Shown: one piece after another, positions 34,440 to 42,576 of the stretch
Numbering within the stretch: the stretch's first letter is position 1
Layout: every line of letters begins with the position of its first letter
Source of the DNA: an uncultured Clostridia bacterium
Lineage (GTDB): Bacteria > Bacillota > Clostridia > Christensenellales > UBA1242
NCBI GenBank assembly: GCA_944350225.1
Contig: CALVOH010000001.1
Location: 1 to 42,576 of the forward strand
Direction of reading: 5' to 3'
DNA: 42,576 nt
Program-made: the position numbers and the translations under genes
Notes under the pieces: model-generated
Databases searched by the model: none
The model's input: only the letters and a program-made list of their open reading frames with translations
Told to the model about the DNA's origin: nothing

Positions 34440-34468
34440 TTGACAAATTAAAAAAAACATATTAAAAT
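34440..34468 (+). promoter_or_regulatory. SigA-type promoter positioned for a leaderless DUF1858 mRNA
   Basis: TTGACA (34440-34445), a 17-nt spacer and TAAAAT (34463-34468). The ATG at 34475 is 7 nt after the -10, with no Shine-Dalgarno. Confidence 0.6.
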
Positions 34469-34474
34469 ATAAAC

Positions 34475-34687
34475 ATGAAAAAAATAAATAAAACAATGAC
34501 TATTGAAAAAGTATTAAAAATGGATCAAAGCTTAGCGGACATCTTAATGGGTTTTGGTATGCATTGCATCTACTGCCCTATGAGTCTTATGGAAACCTTA
34601 GAAGAAGCTTCGGCCGTTCATGAAATCGATTGCGATTTTTTAGTTGAAAAACTAAATCAACATTTAAAAAATAAAAATGCCAAATGA
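34475..34687 (+). CDS. DUF1858 / hybrid-cluster-protein-associated redox disulfide domain protein (70 aa)
   Basis: MTIEKVLKMDQSLADILMGFGMHCIYCPMSLMETLEEASAVHEIDCDFLVEKLN matches the family pattern (M.C..CP....E.leeA...H.id). Confidence 0.65.
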   Translation: MKKINKTMTIEKVLKMDQSLADILMGFGMHCIYCPMSLMETLEEASAVHEIDCDFLVEKLNQHLKNKNAK

Positions 34688-34699
34688 TTGGCATTTTTT
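34673..34699. terminator. Bidirectional terminator overlapping both converging stop codons
   Basis: AAAAATGCCAA-ATGAT-TTGGCATTTTT. Confidence 0.7.
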
Positions 34700-35789
34700 A
34701 ATTGTTTAGCATTTGTGAAATTTTTTGTTTAAGCTCCTCAATTCCGTTTTTTGTTTTAGCAGAAACATATATTTCATTTTCCGCCAAATCTCTTTTGCTT
34801 TCAATCAAATCACTTTTATTAAAAACTGTAAGCCTATTTTTTGTAGCACCAATATCATCAAGTACTTTGTTTGTAACGCTCATAGATTCTTCAAAATACA
34901 GCTCACTACCGTCTTTTGACGTAGCAGTAGGATCAACCACATGTAAAATCAAATCGGCCAATTTCGCTTCATCAAGTGTTGAAGCAAACGAATCAACAAG
35001 TTCGTGAGGCAGTTCTGAAATAAAACCAACCGTGTCTGTAACTACTACATTTTCTCCGTTTAGAAATATTTTTCTGCTAGTCGTGTCAAGTGTCGCAAAA
35101 TATTTGTCCTCAACATAAATATTGTCTTTTGCTAATGCATTTAATAGCGAACTTTTCCCAGCATTTGTATAGCCAACAAGCGCAACTTTTTTAATACCGC
35201 TTTTTTCTCTCTCTCGACGACCAATTTGCCTTTGACTTTTAATTTTTAATATCTCTTTTTTTAATAAATCAATTTCTTTTTCTATACGTCTTCTATCAAG
35301 TTCTAACTTGGTTTCGCCTGGTCCTCGCATACCAACACCTGCCCCTCCATACTTGTTACTCGTTTCCTTGACCTGACGAAGTTTTGGTAAAAGATAAATG
35401 TTTTGCGCCAACTTCACCTGCAACTTTGCTTCATTAGTTTTAGCATGCAATGCGAAAATATCAAGTATTAATCCAACACGATCTAACACCCTTGTTGAAA
35501 AGGCATTTGAAAGGTTGAAAATTTGAGAGCCTGTGAGTTTATAGTCAACTATCACGACATCAACAGGATGATCTTTTAAAAAATTTTGTATTTCTATAAT
35601 TTTACCGCTACCTATAACTGTGCCTTTATTAAATTCTTTTATGTTTTGAGAAAATGAGCCTATTACCTCTATACCGGTTGACTCTGCTAGCCTAATTATC
35701 TCATCTAATTTTCTATTTTTGCTTTCTTTGTTTTTAGTGATGACAACTACCACAAGAGCTCTCTGTTGCCTTTTTGCTGTCTCATACAT
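34698..35789 (-). CDS. hflX: GTPase HflX
   Basis: The HflX N-domain is followed by G motifs LVGYTNAGKSSLLNAL, DTVGFI and NKSD. AGGAG Shine-Dalgarno. Confidence 0.9.
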   Translation of the reverse strand: MYETAKRQQRALVVVVITKNKESKNRKLDEIIRLAESTGIEVIGSFSQNIKEFNKGTVIGSGKIIEIQNFLKDHPVDVVIVDYKLTGSQIFNLSNAFSTRVLDRVGLILDIFALHAKTNEAKLQVKLAQNIYLLPKLRQVKETSNKYGGAGVGMRGPGETKLELDRRRIEKEIDLLKKEILKIKSQRQIGRREREKSGIKKVALVGYTNAGKSSLLNALAKDNIYVEDKYFATLDTTSRKIFLNGENVVVTDTVGFISELPHELVDSFASTLDEAKLADLILHVVDPTATSKDGSELYFEESMSVTNKVLDDIGATKNRLTVFNKSDLIESKRDLAENEIYVSAKTKNGIEELKQKISQMLNN

Positions 35790-35809
35790 AATTTTCTCCT
35801 ATGGGGAAA

Positions 35810-36484
35810 TTATACCAAATTTTCACCACTATTTGCAAGAATTTGGCCATTTAAAGTGGAAATTATTACATTTGACATCTCTCCATTTGAAGAATAAATC
35901 GAAAATAACCAATAGACTTGACTAAACCCACCAGATATGTTATCTAGTAATTTTAAATAACACTCGGCGTCAAAATCGTCGCCATCTCGAAGTTTATTTA
36001 TTTTCTCGTTTAAATAGTTTGCTCCTATCTCAATCGCTTTTTCAGCGCTCACTGCAAAATCTTTAGATTTACAGGTCAAATCCGCCTCTTGTCCCAAATA
36101 AGAAACACAAATTGTTTCGTCACCATAAAGTTTTCTTTGTAAATCTGCCACATGAGTACCTGTTAAATAATTGTATTCTAACAAAACCCTTTGTTTCTCA
36201 CCATCTATTGTAATTTCAAGATATTCATCATCTGCGTTATCCAAACGTGCAATGACAAGAGCAAAATCAAATTTGACATTGCTTTTGCCATCATATTTGT
36301 AAGGTTCTTCTCTATATCCCGAAACAACTGACATCGGCAAATTTTGATTTTCAGAAAAAAAATACACTTCACCATATTCTGACATATTTTCTTTAACCAG
36401 GCTAATATTATCTTTGCTTTCTATACAACCTGAAAGTGGCAACAAACATAATAAAAACATAATAGTAAAAATAGTTTTTTTCAT
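35810..36484 (-). CDS. Lipoprotein of unknown function (224 aa)
   Basis: The signal peptide with lipobox is LLPLSGC. GGAGGAG Shine-Dalgarno. Confidence 0.65.
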   Translation of the reverse strand: MKKTIFTIMFLLCLLPLSGCIESKDNISLVKENMSEYGEVYFFSENQNLPMSVVSGYREEPYKYDGKSNVKFDFALVIARLDNADDEYLEITIDGEKQRVLLEYNYLTGTHVADLQRKLYGDETICVSYLGQEADLTCKSKDFAVSAEKAIEIGANYLNEKINKLRDGDDFDAECYLKLLDNISGGFSQVYWLFSIYSSNGEMSNVIISTLNGQILANSGENLV

Positions 36485-36508
36485 AATCTCCTCCTATATA
36501 AAAATACG

Positions 36509-36537
36509 TTGTTAATTTTGCGAAAATATGATATAAT
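36509..36537 (+). promoter_or_regulatory. SigA-type promoter positioned for a leaderless fba mRNA
   Basis: TTGTTA (36509-36514), a 17-nt spacer and an extended -10 TGATATAAT (-10 at 36532-36537). The ATG at 36545 is 8 nt after the -10, with no Shine-Dalgarno. Confidence 0.55.
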
Positions 36538-36544
36538 TTGTCAT

Positions 36545-37465
36545 ATGAAAAATTTATTATATTATTATAAAAAAGCATTAAAAAGTGGTTTTGCTCTTGG
36601 GGCGTTCAATTTTTCGAATTTGGAAACATTGAAGGCAATCGCTTCTGCATGTGAAAAATCAAAAAGTCCAGCCATTATAGCCGTATCCGAAAGTGCGCTT
36701 AACTACATGGGCGATGAGTTTATCGTTGAAAATGTTAAAATTATAAAAAATCATTGTAAAGCTCCACTATTTTTGCATTTAGATCATGGCAAAAGCTTTG
36801 ATGTATGCAAAAAGGCGGTCGATCTGGGCTTTGATTCAATAATGATTGATGCGAGTTCTTCGCCATTTGAAGAAAACGTCTCGCTGACAAAAAAAGTTTG
36901 CGATTATGCTCACAATAAAGGAATATTCGTTGAAGGCGAATTAGGACAACTTGCTGGGATTGAAGACAATGTGTCGGTTGAAGAAAATCATTTTACAAAC
37001 CCACAAAAAGCCAAAGAGTTTGTTAAGCTGACAAATGTTGACTCGCTTGCTGTCGCAATAGGCACAAGTCATGGCGCATACAAATATCAAGGTGAAAGCA
37101 AACTACGTTTTGACATATTGGTTCAAATTGAAAAAAATTTACCTCGCTTTCCACTTGTTTTACATGGCGCCTCATCTGTAAACAAAGAATACGTTGACAT
37201 TATAAATAACAATGGAGGCAATATTAAAAATGCCAAAGGCGTAAGTGAAGAACTGACAAAGATGGCTGTCCAAATGCATAATGTTGTAAAGATCAATATC
37301 GACACTGATTTACGTATGGCCTTCACCGCTGGGATAAGAAAATCCATGAATGAAAATCCTGAAAATTTTGATCAAAGAAAATATTGTCTTTTGGGTCAAA
37401 AATATGTTGAAGACGTCGTTTCGCACAAAATAAAATATTTACTAAATAGTGAAAATAAAATATAA
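36545..37465 (+). CDS. fba: Class II fructose-1,6-bisphosphate aldolase
   Basis: Family blocks are GFALGAFNFSNLE, SPAIIAVSE, LHLDHG, IMIDAS, EGELG, GTSHGAYK and LVLHGASS. Starting at ATG 36545 gives an N-terminus that aligns with the B. subtilis FbaA start. The track start at 36509 is TTG inside the promoter. Confidence 0.8.
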   Translation: MKNLLYYYKKALKSGFALGAFNFSNLETLKAIASACEKSKSPAIIAVSESALNYMGDEFIVENVKIIKNHCKAPLFLHLDHGKSFDVCKKAVDLGFDSIMIDASSSPFEENVSLTKKVCDYAHNKGIFVEGELGQLAGIEDNVSVEENHFTNPQKAKEFVKLTNVDSLAVAIGTSHGAYKYQGESKLRFDILVQIEKNLPRFPLVLHGASSVNKEYVDIINNNGGNIKNAKGVSEELTKMAVQMHNVVKINIDTDLRMAFTAGIRKSMNENPENFDQRKYCLLGQKYVEDVVSHKIKYLLNSENKI

Positions 37466-37525
37466 TTGACCTTATTGATTTAAAAACTTTTTAAATATAC
37501 TAAATTTTGATAATTTAATTGTAAT

Positions 37526-37557
37526 AAAAAAGATAATGCGTCGCATTATCTTTTTTT
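37526..37557. terminator. Bidirectional terminator between fba and the 645-aa gene
   Basis: AAAAAAGATAATGCG-T-CGCATTATCTTTTTTT. Confidence 0.8.
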
Positions 37558-37571
37558 AAGATTTTTTTAAT

Positions 37572-39509
37572 TTATCTATTTAAAATATCTTTAATTATAT
37601 CTTTTGTTTCGGCCTCAATTTCTTTTTTTGTTTTTGTTGCTGATTTAACAGCCTGTTCGTCTAACACAGCGTCTGGATTTTTATCTCCCAACTGCTGTAT
37701 CTCCTTTAACCGTTTGCCTATACCTAACAAGATTTTTAAATAAATATCAGTTGCCTTATCTCCTGTAGTAACATCTTTATCATATTTAATCGCTTCGTAT
37801 AACTGCTTATAAACATCTTTTCTACTCGTGTTTTTAGTGTCAAAATCGTCCGGCAAAATACCTTCATATAATGCACTGACAATTCCTTTTTTGTAAGCAA
37901 GAGAAAGCTCAGGCAACAATTTTGAAAGTGCAGTTTCTGCAACTTTTTCTTTACCATTTCTAGTTTCTTTTTTGTTTTGATATCCCCTCAATTCCGTAAA
38001 TATTATTTTGTTCACACTTTTTAAATAATCTTCAGATAATTTTTTACGGTTATATCTATGATTAAAATACTTAAAATTATCATCAAATTCTTTTCCTTCC
38101 CCAGCGCTAACAAACAATTTTCTAACCGAATTATATGCTTTTTGTTCAATAGTTTTGATGCTGTCTTTATCCATATTCCCCAAGCATTGAATAAGAGGAA
38201 TAGTGAATATTTGTTCCATATTCTTCCTATTTTCGTCGTTTATACCACCGTTTTTGTTAATGTAGGAAAGCAAAATCAAGTTTGCATACAAAATTTCTGC
38301 AACTTCTTCAAAAGTATCAACAACTTTATCATGCTCGCCATCATTGATGATTTGTTGATCGAGAAACTCAAATGACGCCAAAATTTGTGCTTCATCGTTT
38401 GATTTCAACAAATTAAAAACTTCTTTGATATCACCTGTTTTTAATTTCTCGTCATCTGCAACATATAGATATCCAAGTTTGCCAGAATTGTCCACAATTG
38501 CCCAGCGATAATTTGAACCATCTTTTGCCCATCTAACAGGCAAATCTTGAAACTTCATGATCTTTTGTTGAACAAGCTGGTTAATTTTCATATCATAATA
38601 AAGACTGCCGACCGTTTCATATTTTTCTTCCTTATCTTCATCGCTCTTATCTTTGTTGTAATCATCTATAACTTCATTTAATTTTTCAATTCTCGTATTC
38701 GCCAGATCGACCGCCAAATCAACAATAGAAAAAGCTGTGCTGTTTTCAATGTCTTTGTCAATACTTTCATAAAGATATGGCAACAATTTTCTGGACAATT
38801 CAAGCGTAAAGTCTTTTTTGTTTTTTATGTCTTCTTTTTCGGTTAAAACTGGAAGCATTAAAAGAGAAGCAAGATATACAACAGGTTCTATTATCTTTTC
38901 TTCAATGTTTTTTTCTATTGCAATTTCATTGAGTTGATGTATGTTTGTAGCCAACAATATAGATGGGCCATGCATTTTAAAGCTCTTGCTCTTGTCGATA
39001 TCACTAGCCTCTAATTTTAATTCGTCTCCTTCTACGCTAGCCTCTCCGTTTAAAAGTAGAAGATTGATGTATTTTTCATACGTTTTATTTGTTTCAATTT
39101 TAGTTTTCCAATAATCACTTTCATCGGCAAATGCACTATAAATTTTAAAGCCTTCCTCTTTTTTGCCTTTATATTTGTTGATACTATCAATTTTAGCAGT
39201 TATTAAATTTTCTGAAAACATGCCAGATGTCAAAATTTGCCATAAATCTTTCTTTATTTTGCCAAGTGATCTCGCAACAAAGTCAACAGCAATTGAGCCA
39301 TCTTCTTTTATGGTCGTTTTTATTGAAGCATCTAAAAATGGGGAAAGAGCGTCCTGCCCATAATTTCTATTCTTAGCTTGTGACTGCGAGCAAAGAGATT
39401 TTAATGCTGTGTTTTTAACAGAAGCCATAGTTAAAGGTGAATAAGACCCTTTTTTTAATCCACCCTTTAAACCGGCAAAATGTTCATAAATAAATTCCGA
39501 TATTGTCAT
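37572..39509 (-). CDS. Hypothetical cytoplasmic protein (645 aa, no recognisable motif)
   Basis: A long uninterrupted ORF. AAGGTGAGGG precedes the ATG at 39509 (the track start is GTG at 39518). Terminators lie on both sides. Confidence 0.6.
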   Translation of the reverse strand: MTISEFIYEHFAGLKGGLKKGSYSPLTMASVKNTALKSLCSQSQAKNRNYGQDALSPFLDASIKTTIKEDGSIAVDFVARSLGKIKKDLWQILTSGMFSENLITAKIDSINKYKGKKEEGFKIYSAFADESDYWKTKIETNKTYEKYINLLLLNGEASVEGDELKLEASDIDKSKSFKMHGPSILLATNIHQLNEIAIEKNIEEKIIEPVVYLASLLMLPVLTEKEDIKNKKDFTLELSRKLLPYLYESIDKDIENSTAFSIVDLAVDLANTRIEKLNEVIDDYNKDKSDEDKEEKYETVGSLYYDMKINQLVQQKIMKFQDLPVRWAKDGSNYRWAIVDNSGKLGYLYVADDEKLKTGDIKEVFNLLKSNDEAQILASFEFLDQQIINDGEHDKVVDTFEEVAEILYANLILLSYINKNGGINDENRKNMEQIFTIPLIQCLGNMDKDSIKTIEQKAYNSVRKLFVSAGEGKEFDDNFKYFNHRYNRKKLSEDYLKSVNKIIFTELRGYQNKKETRNGKEKVAETALSKLLPELSLAYKKGIVSALYEGILPDDFDTKNTSRKDVYKQLYEAIKYDKDVTTGDKATDIYLKILLGIGKRLKEIQQLGDKNPDAVLDEQAVKSATKTKKEIEAETKDIIKDILNR

Positions 39510-39596
39510 TTCCCTCACCTTAAAAATTAATATATTTTTTTTGACGTTTTTATTATAACATATTTTGATAAGAAATTCAATACCTAATTTAAAAAT

Positions 39597-40607
39597 TTAT
39601 TTTAAAGTCACAAGTGCTTGTTTTGTCTCGCCGTTTCTAATATATTCAACTATAACAGCGTCTCCCTTTTCTAAACTCAAAACTGCTTCTTTTAAATCTA
39701 ACAAATTTACAATCTTTTTACCTGCAACACTGATGATTAAATCGCCCTTGCATATTCCTGAATCAAGCGCTGGCGAATCGACATCAACAACGTAAACTCC
39801 ATCATTGTCAAGCTTTTCTCCGTATGCTAAGGCAATATCGCTATCAAAGCCAAAAACACCTAAATAAGGAGATGAATAATTTTTGTTTTTCGAAAGTTTT
39901 TCAACAACTATTTTCCCTATTTCTATTGGTACAGCGAAACCTATTCCTTCCCCTTCGGTTGCTTTTAAAGTGTTGATGCCTATCACCTGACCATTACTAT
40001 TAATCAGTGGGCCTCCCGAATTACCTGGGTTGATTGCCGCATCATGCTGAATCAAAGATTGCATAAAAGATGTTTCACCTGAAAAACTTTGATTTTCAAG
40101 AGTTCTATTGATTGCACTAACAATACCATGAGTGATTGTGTGTTTAAATTCCAATGTAAGAGGTGTCCCTAACGCATAAACCTGCTCACCAATAGCCGCG
40201 CCGTCAATATTGGTATCCAAATATGGTATCGCCCTTTCTGATTGTAAAACGGCCACATCAAGCCCTGCATCTGCCCACAACATCTTTGCTTGCCCTGTTG
40301 TTTTATCTGCATAATATAAGGTTATCTTTCCACCCCCTTCTACCACGTGATTGTTTGTGAGTATAAGACCGTCGCCACTGATGGCAAATCCACTTCCTAT
40401 TGAATAACTATCTGGATAATCAACTGCTATTCCAACCACAGCAGCACGAGCATTTGACAACATCTCTCCTGCATCTACAAAATTTGATGTTGACAGCATA
40501 CGCACTTGCATATCAACATTATCATCGGTTTGATTTGAACATGCAGAAACAAAAACTAACAAGAAAGAACAACAGATAGCCATAAAAAAACAAAACAACT
40601 TTTTCAT
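39597..40607 (-). CDS. htrA: HtrA/DegP-family (S1C) serine protease with a PDZ domain, lipoprotein-anchored
   Basis: The lipobox is FVSAC. The catalytic triad context is LTNNHVV, DVAVLQ and GNSGGPLIN. The C-terminal PDZ is YLGVFG...GDLIISVAGKKI. AAAGGAG Shine-Dalgarno. Confidence 0.85.
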   Translation of the reverse strand: MKKLFCFFMAICCSFLLVFVSACSNQTDDNVDMQVRMLSTSNFVDAGEMLSNARAAVVGIAVDYPDSYSIGSGFAISGDGLILTNNHVVEGGGKITLYYADKTTGQAKMLWADAGLDVAVLQSERAIPYLDTNIDGAAIGEQVYALGTPLTLEFKHTITHGIVSAINRTLENQSFSGETSFMQSLIQHDAAINPGNSGGPLINSNGQVIGINTLKATEGEGIGFAVPIEIGKIVVEKLSKNKNYSSPYLGVFGFDSDIALAYGEKLDNDGVYVVDVDSPALDSGICKGDLIISVAGKKIVNLLDLKEAVLSLEKGDAVIVEYIRNGETKQALVTLK

Positions 40608-40636
40608 TTTAACTCCTTTATGATCAGCTGTTTTGT

Positions 40637-41422
40637 TTAAAGTCTAAACATTGTGCCTATATCTATCGTTGCAACATCCATTTTAAAGTGTTCGCCCTCA
40701 ATTATACCATACTCTTCTTTAAGAAAATTGGCTATGTAATTGTATGCTAGTGATGGAGAATTATTTTCTCTGCTTAAATGTGCTAACACAATCTGTCGTG
40801 TCCCCGTTGTTACTAATGCATGAATCATTAAAGCTGATTCTCTGTTCGACAAATGTCCATGCCCAGAAGAAATTCTGCGTTTTAATGCCGGAGGATATTT
40901 CATGTTTGCAACCAAAAGATCTTTGTCATAGTTTGCTTCAATATAAACGAGCTGACTTCCTTGAATACAATTTAGTATCCTTTCATTAGTATGCCCAACG
41001 TCAGTTAAAATACTTATCTTTTTTTCATTATTTTCAAAAACATATCCATAACAAGGGACGTCATGAGGGAGTTCAACTGCTTTAACTTGCAAATCTCTTA
41101 ATCTAAAACCCTCTGTTTCATAAAACCTTCGATTTTTAGATGGGGTTTTTTTAAGCTTATAATTCATATTTTGCCACACATTACGATGTGCAAAGATAGG
41201 TATATCATATTTTGAAGAAAACGCATCAACACCTTTAATATGATCATTATGCTCGTGCGTTACCAAAATAACATCAATTTGTGAGGGCTTCACCCCTATC
41301 ACTGACAAGCGTTTCTCTGCTTCTCCACAACAAAGGCCTATGTCAACTAAAAGTTTGACATTTTCACTTTCCAAGTAAGTCATGTTTCCATCGCTACCAG
41401 ATGATAAATTAATAATTCGCAT
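40637..41422 (-). CDS. MBL-fold metallo-hydrolase, YycJ/WalJ-like
   Basis: The motif is VTHEHNDHIKG (HxHxDH). The N-terminus MRIINLSSGSDGNMTYLE parallels B. subtilis YycJ. It is followed by an htrA-like gene, as in the yycJ-htrC arrangement of Bacilli. Confidence 0.8.
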   Translation of the reverse strand: MRIINLSSGSDGNMTYLESENVKLLVDIGLCCGEAEKRLSVIGVKPSQIDVILVTHEHNDHIKGVDAFSSKYDIPIFAHRNVWQNMNYKLKKTPSKNRRFYETEGFRLRDLQVKAVELPHDVPCYGYVFENNEKKISILTDVGHTNERILNCIQGSQLVYIEANYDKDLLVANMKYPPALKRRISSGHGHLSNRESALMIHALVTTGTRQIVLAHLSRENNSPSLAYNYIANFLKEEYGIIEGEHFKMDVATIDIGTMFRL

Positions 41423-41428
41423 GAAGAT

Positions 41429-41457
41429 ATTTTATCACTTCCCGACTAAAATTGCAA
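41429..41457 (-). promoter_or_regulatory. SigA-type promoter positioned for a leaderless MBL-hydrolase mRNA
   Basis: On the reverse strand: TTGCAA (41452-41457), a 17-nt spacer and an extended -10 TGATAAAAT (-10 at 41429-41434). The ATG (41422) begins 7 nt after the -10, with no Shine-Dalgarno. Confidence 0.6.
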
Positions 41458-41465
41458 GTATGCAG

Positions 41466-41547
41466 GACGGCATAAGCACTTTTTTAAAAAAAGTGCCAAC
41501 GCTACTATTGTAGCGTTGTCTCCACTTTAGGTGGAGACGATGCCGTC
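41466..41547. other. 82-nt GC-rich palindromic element predicted to fold as a four-way junction (three hairpins closed by an 8-bp helix)
   Basis: The closing helix pairs GACGGCAT (41466-41473) with ATGCCGTC (41540-41547). Hairpins lie at 41476-41496 (GCACTTTTT/AAAAAGTGC), 41498-41517 (AACGCTAC-TATT-GTAGCGTT) and 41518-41538 (GTCTCCAC-TTTAG-GTGGAGAC). The element overlaps the uvrA stop codon. Confidence 0.6.
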
Positions 41548-42576
41548 ACTGTTTTAACATCTTCTTTAAAAATTGACCTGTATAAGATTTTTCATTCTTT
41601 GCAACTTCTTCAGGCGAGCCTTCGGCAACCAATGTTCCTCCGCCATCTCCCCCTTCTGGACCAAGATCCAAAATATAATCTGCAGACTTAATAACATCAA
41701 GATTATGCTCTATCACCAACACACTGTTTCCATTTTCAACTAGCCTGTTTAATATTGCAATCAATTTTTTTACATCATACATATGCAAACCGGTTGTTGG
41801 TTCATCTAATATATAAAAAGTTTTGCCAGTTTCTCTTTTAGAAAGTTCCGTGGCTAATTTTACCCTCTGTGCTTCTCCGCCTGAAAGTGTTGTAGCTGGT
41901 TGCCCCAATTTTATATAGGATAATCCTACATCAAAAAGCGCCTGTAATTTGTTTTTGATAGTAGGTATGCTTTGAAAAAATTCAAGAGCCTCCTCGACTG
42001 TCATATCCAACACTTCGGTAATCGTCTTGCCTTTATATTTCACTTCCAATGTTTCACGGTTGTATCTTTTGCCTTTGCACACTTCACATGGCACATTTAT
42101 ATCAGGCAAAAAATACATTTCTATCTCTTTTACACCTGCGCCATCGCAAGCTTCACATCTACCACCTCGCACGTTAAAAGAAAATCTACTAGCAGAATAT
42201 CCTCTCTCTTTTGCCTCTTTTGTTGAAGCAAAAAGCTCTCTAATTGGAGTAAATAATCCCGTATAAGTCGCAGGATTACTACGAGGAGTTCTACCGATAG
42301 GTGCTTGATCAATGCAAATGACTTTGTCAAGTTGCTCAAAACCCTCAATTTTTTCTACTTTTCCTTGCTCAACCCTACTTCCATTCAATTTCGAAGCTAA
42401 ATAAGGATATACCACCCCATTGACCAGGCTGGATTTTCCACTACCCGAAACACCGGTAACTGCACACATCACACCAAGTGGAATGTTTACGTTCATTTTT
42501 TTTAAGTTGTTTTCCTCTGCTCCAAAAACTTTTAAATATCCATTCGGTTTTTTTCTAATAGAAGGAATTTCAATCT
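41546..42576 (-). CDS. uvrA: Excinuclease ABC subunit A, C-terminal part (gene continues past the window end)
   Basis: Blocks are [28 protein letters not shown], the zinc finger CEACDGAG...[18 protein letters not shown] and [11 protein letters not shown]. The frame stays open upstream of the track start to position 42576 (...[26 protein letters not shown]). Confidence 0.95.
   Translation of the reverse strand, partial: IEIPSIRKKPNGYLKVFGAEENNLKKMNVNIPLGVMCAVTGVSGSGKSSLVNGVVYPYLASKLNGSRVEQGKVEKIEGFEQLDKVICIDQAPIGRTPRSNPATYTGLFTPIRELFASTKEAKERGYSASRFSFNVRGGRCEACDGAGVKEIEMYFLPDINVPCEVCKGKRYNRETLEVKYKGKTITEVLDMTVEEALEFFQSIPTIKNKLQALFDVGLSYIKLGQPATTLSGGEAQRVKLATELSKRETGKTFYILDEPTTGLHMYDVKKLIAILNRLVENGNSVLVIEHNLDVIKSADYILDLGPEGGDGGGTLVAEGSPEEVAKNEKSYTGQFLKKMLKQ

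Noticed and set aside
41466-41547. A tRNA gene (cloverleaf of three hairpins plus a closing stem)
   Set aside because: The arms are 8-9 bp with 3-5-nt loops. There is no 7-nt anticodon loop, no TPsiC (GTTCRA) or D-loop consensus, and no discriminator or CCA context.

Overview
This is a 42.6-kb, very AT-rich (about 30% GC by eye) chromosomal window from a low-GC Bacillota/Mollicutes-like bacterium. It has AAGGAG-type Shine-Dalgarno sites and lipobox lipoproteins, TAA and TGA act as stops, and AGG reads as Arg.

Left third (0.4-12.4 kb): an accessory-looking block that starts at a 45-nt 3' fragment of tRNA-Thr(GGU). It holds a GNAT gene plus homospermidine synthase, a P-loop kinase-like gene, a transglutaminase-like gene, decayed genes (ThyX-like), TspO, a cupin, a membrane-anchored XRE regulator, a BspA-type LRR protein and a 584-aa ankyrin protein.

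Centre: rpoB-rpoC, with rpoC broken by one in-frame TAG inside a conserved segment. Immediately upstream on the same strand is the most unusual locus. A 908-aa VirB3/VirB4-type T4SS ATPase is translationally coupled (9-nt gap) to a 3,539-aa lipoprotein made of Ig-like domains and three GLUG/beta-helix modules. No other conjugation or T4SS gene is visible.

Right part: housekeeping genes, namely a PRC-barrel-like protein, DUF1858, hflX, a lipoprotein, fba, an orphan 645-aa protein, an htrA-like protease, a yycJ-like MBL hydrolase and the 3' part of uvrA.

Other observations: several canonical promoters sit so that transcription should start at the ATG (leaderless mRNAs). An 82-nt GC-rich four-way-junction palindromic element lies between uvrA and the MBL gene. 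The rpoB leader contains a terminator-like attenuator. I saw no rRNA, CRISPR array, transposase or integrase. All calls come from reading the sequence and recalling family motifs; no searches were run.
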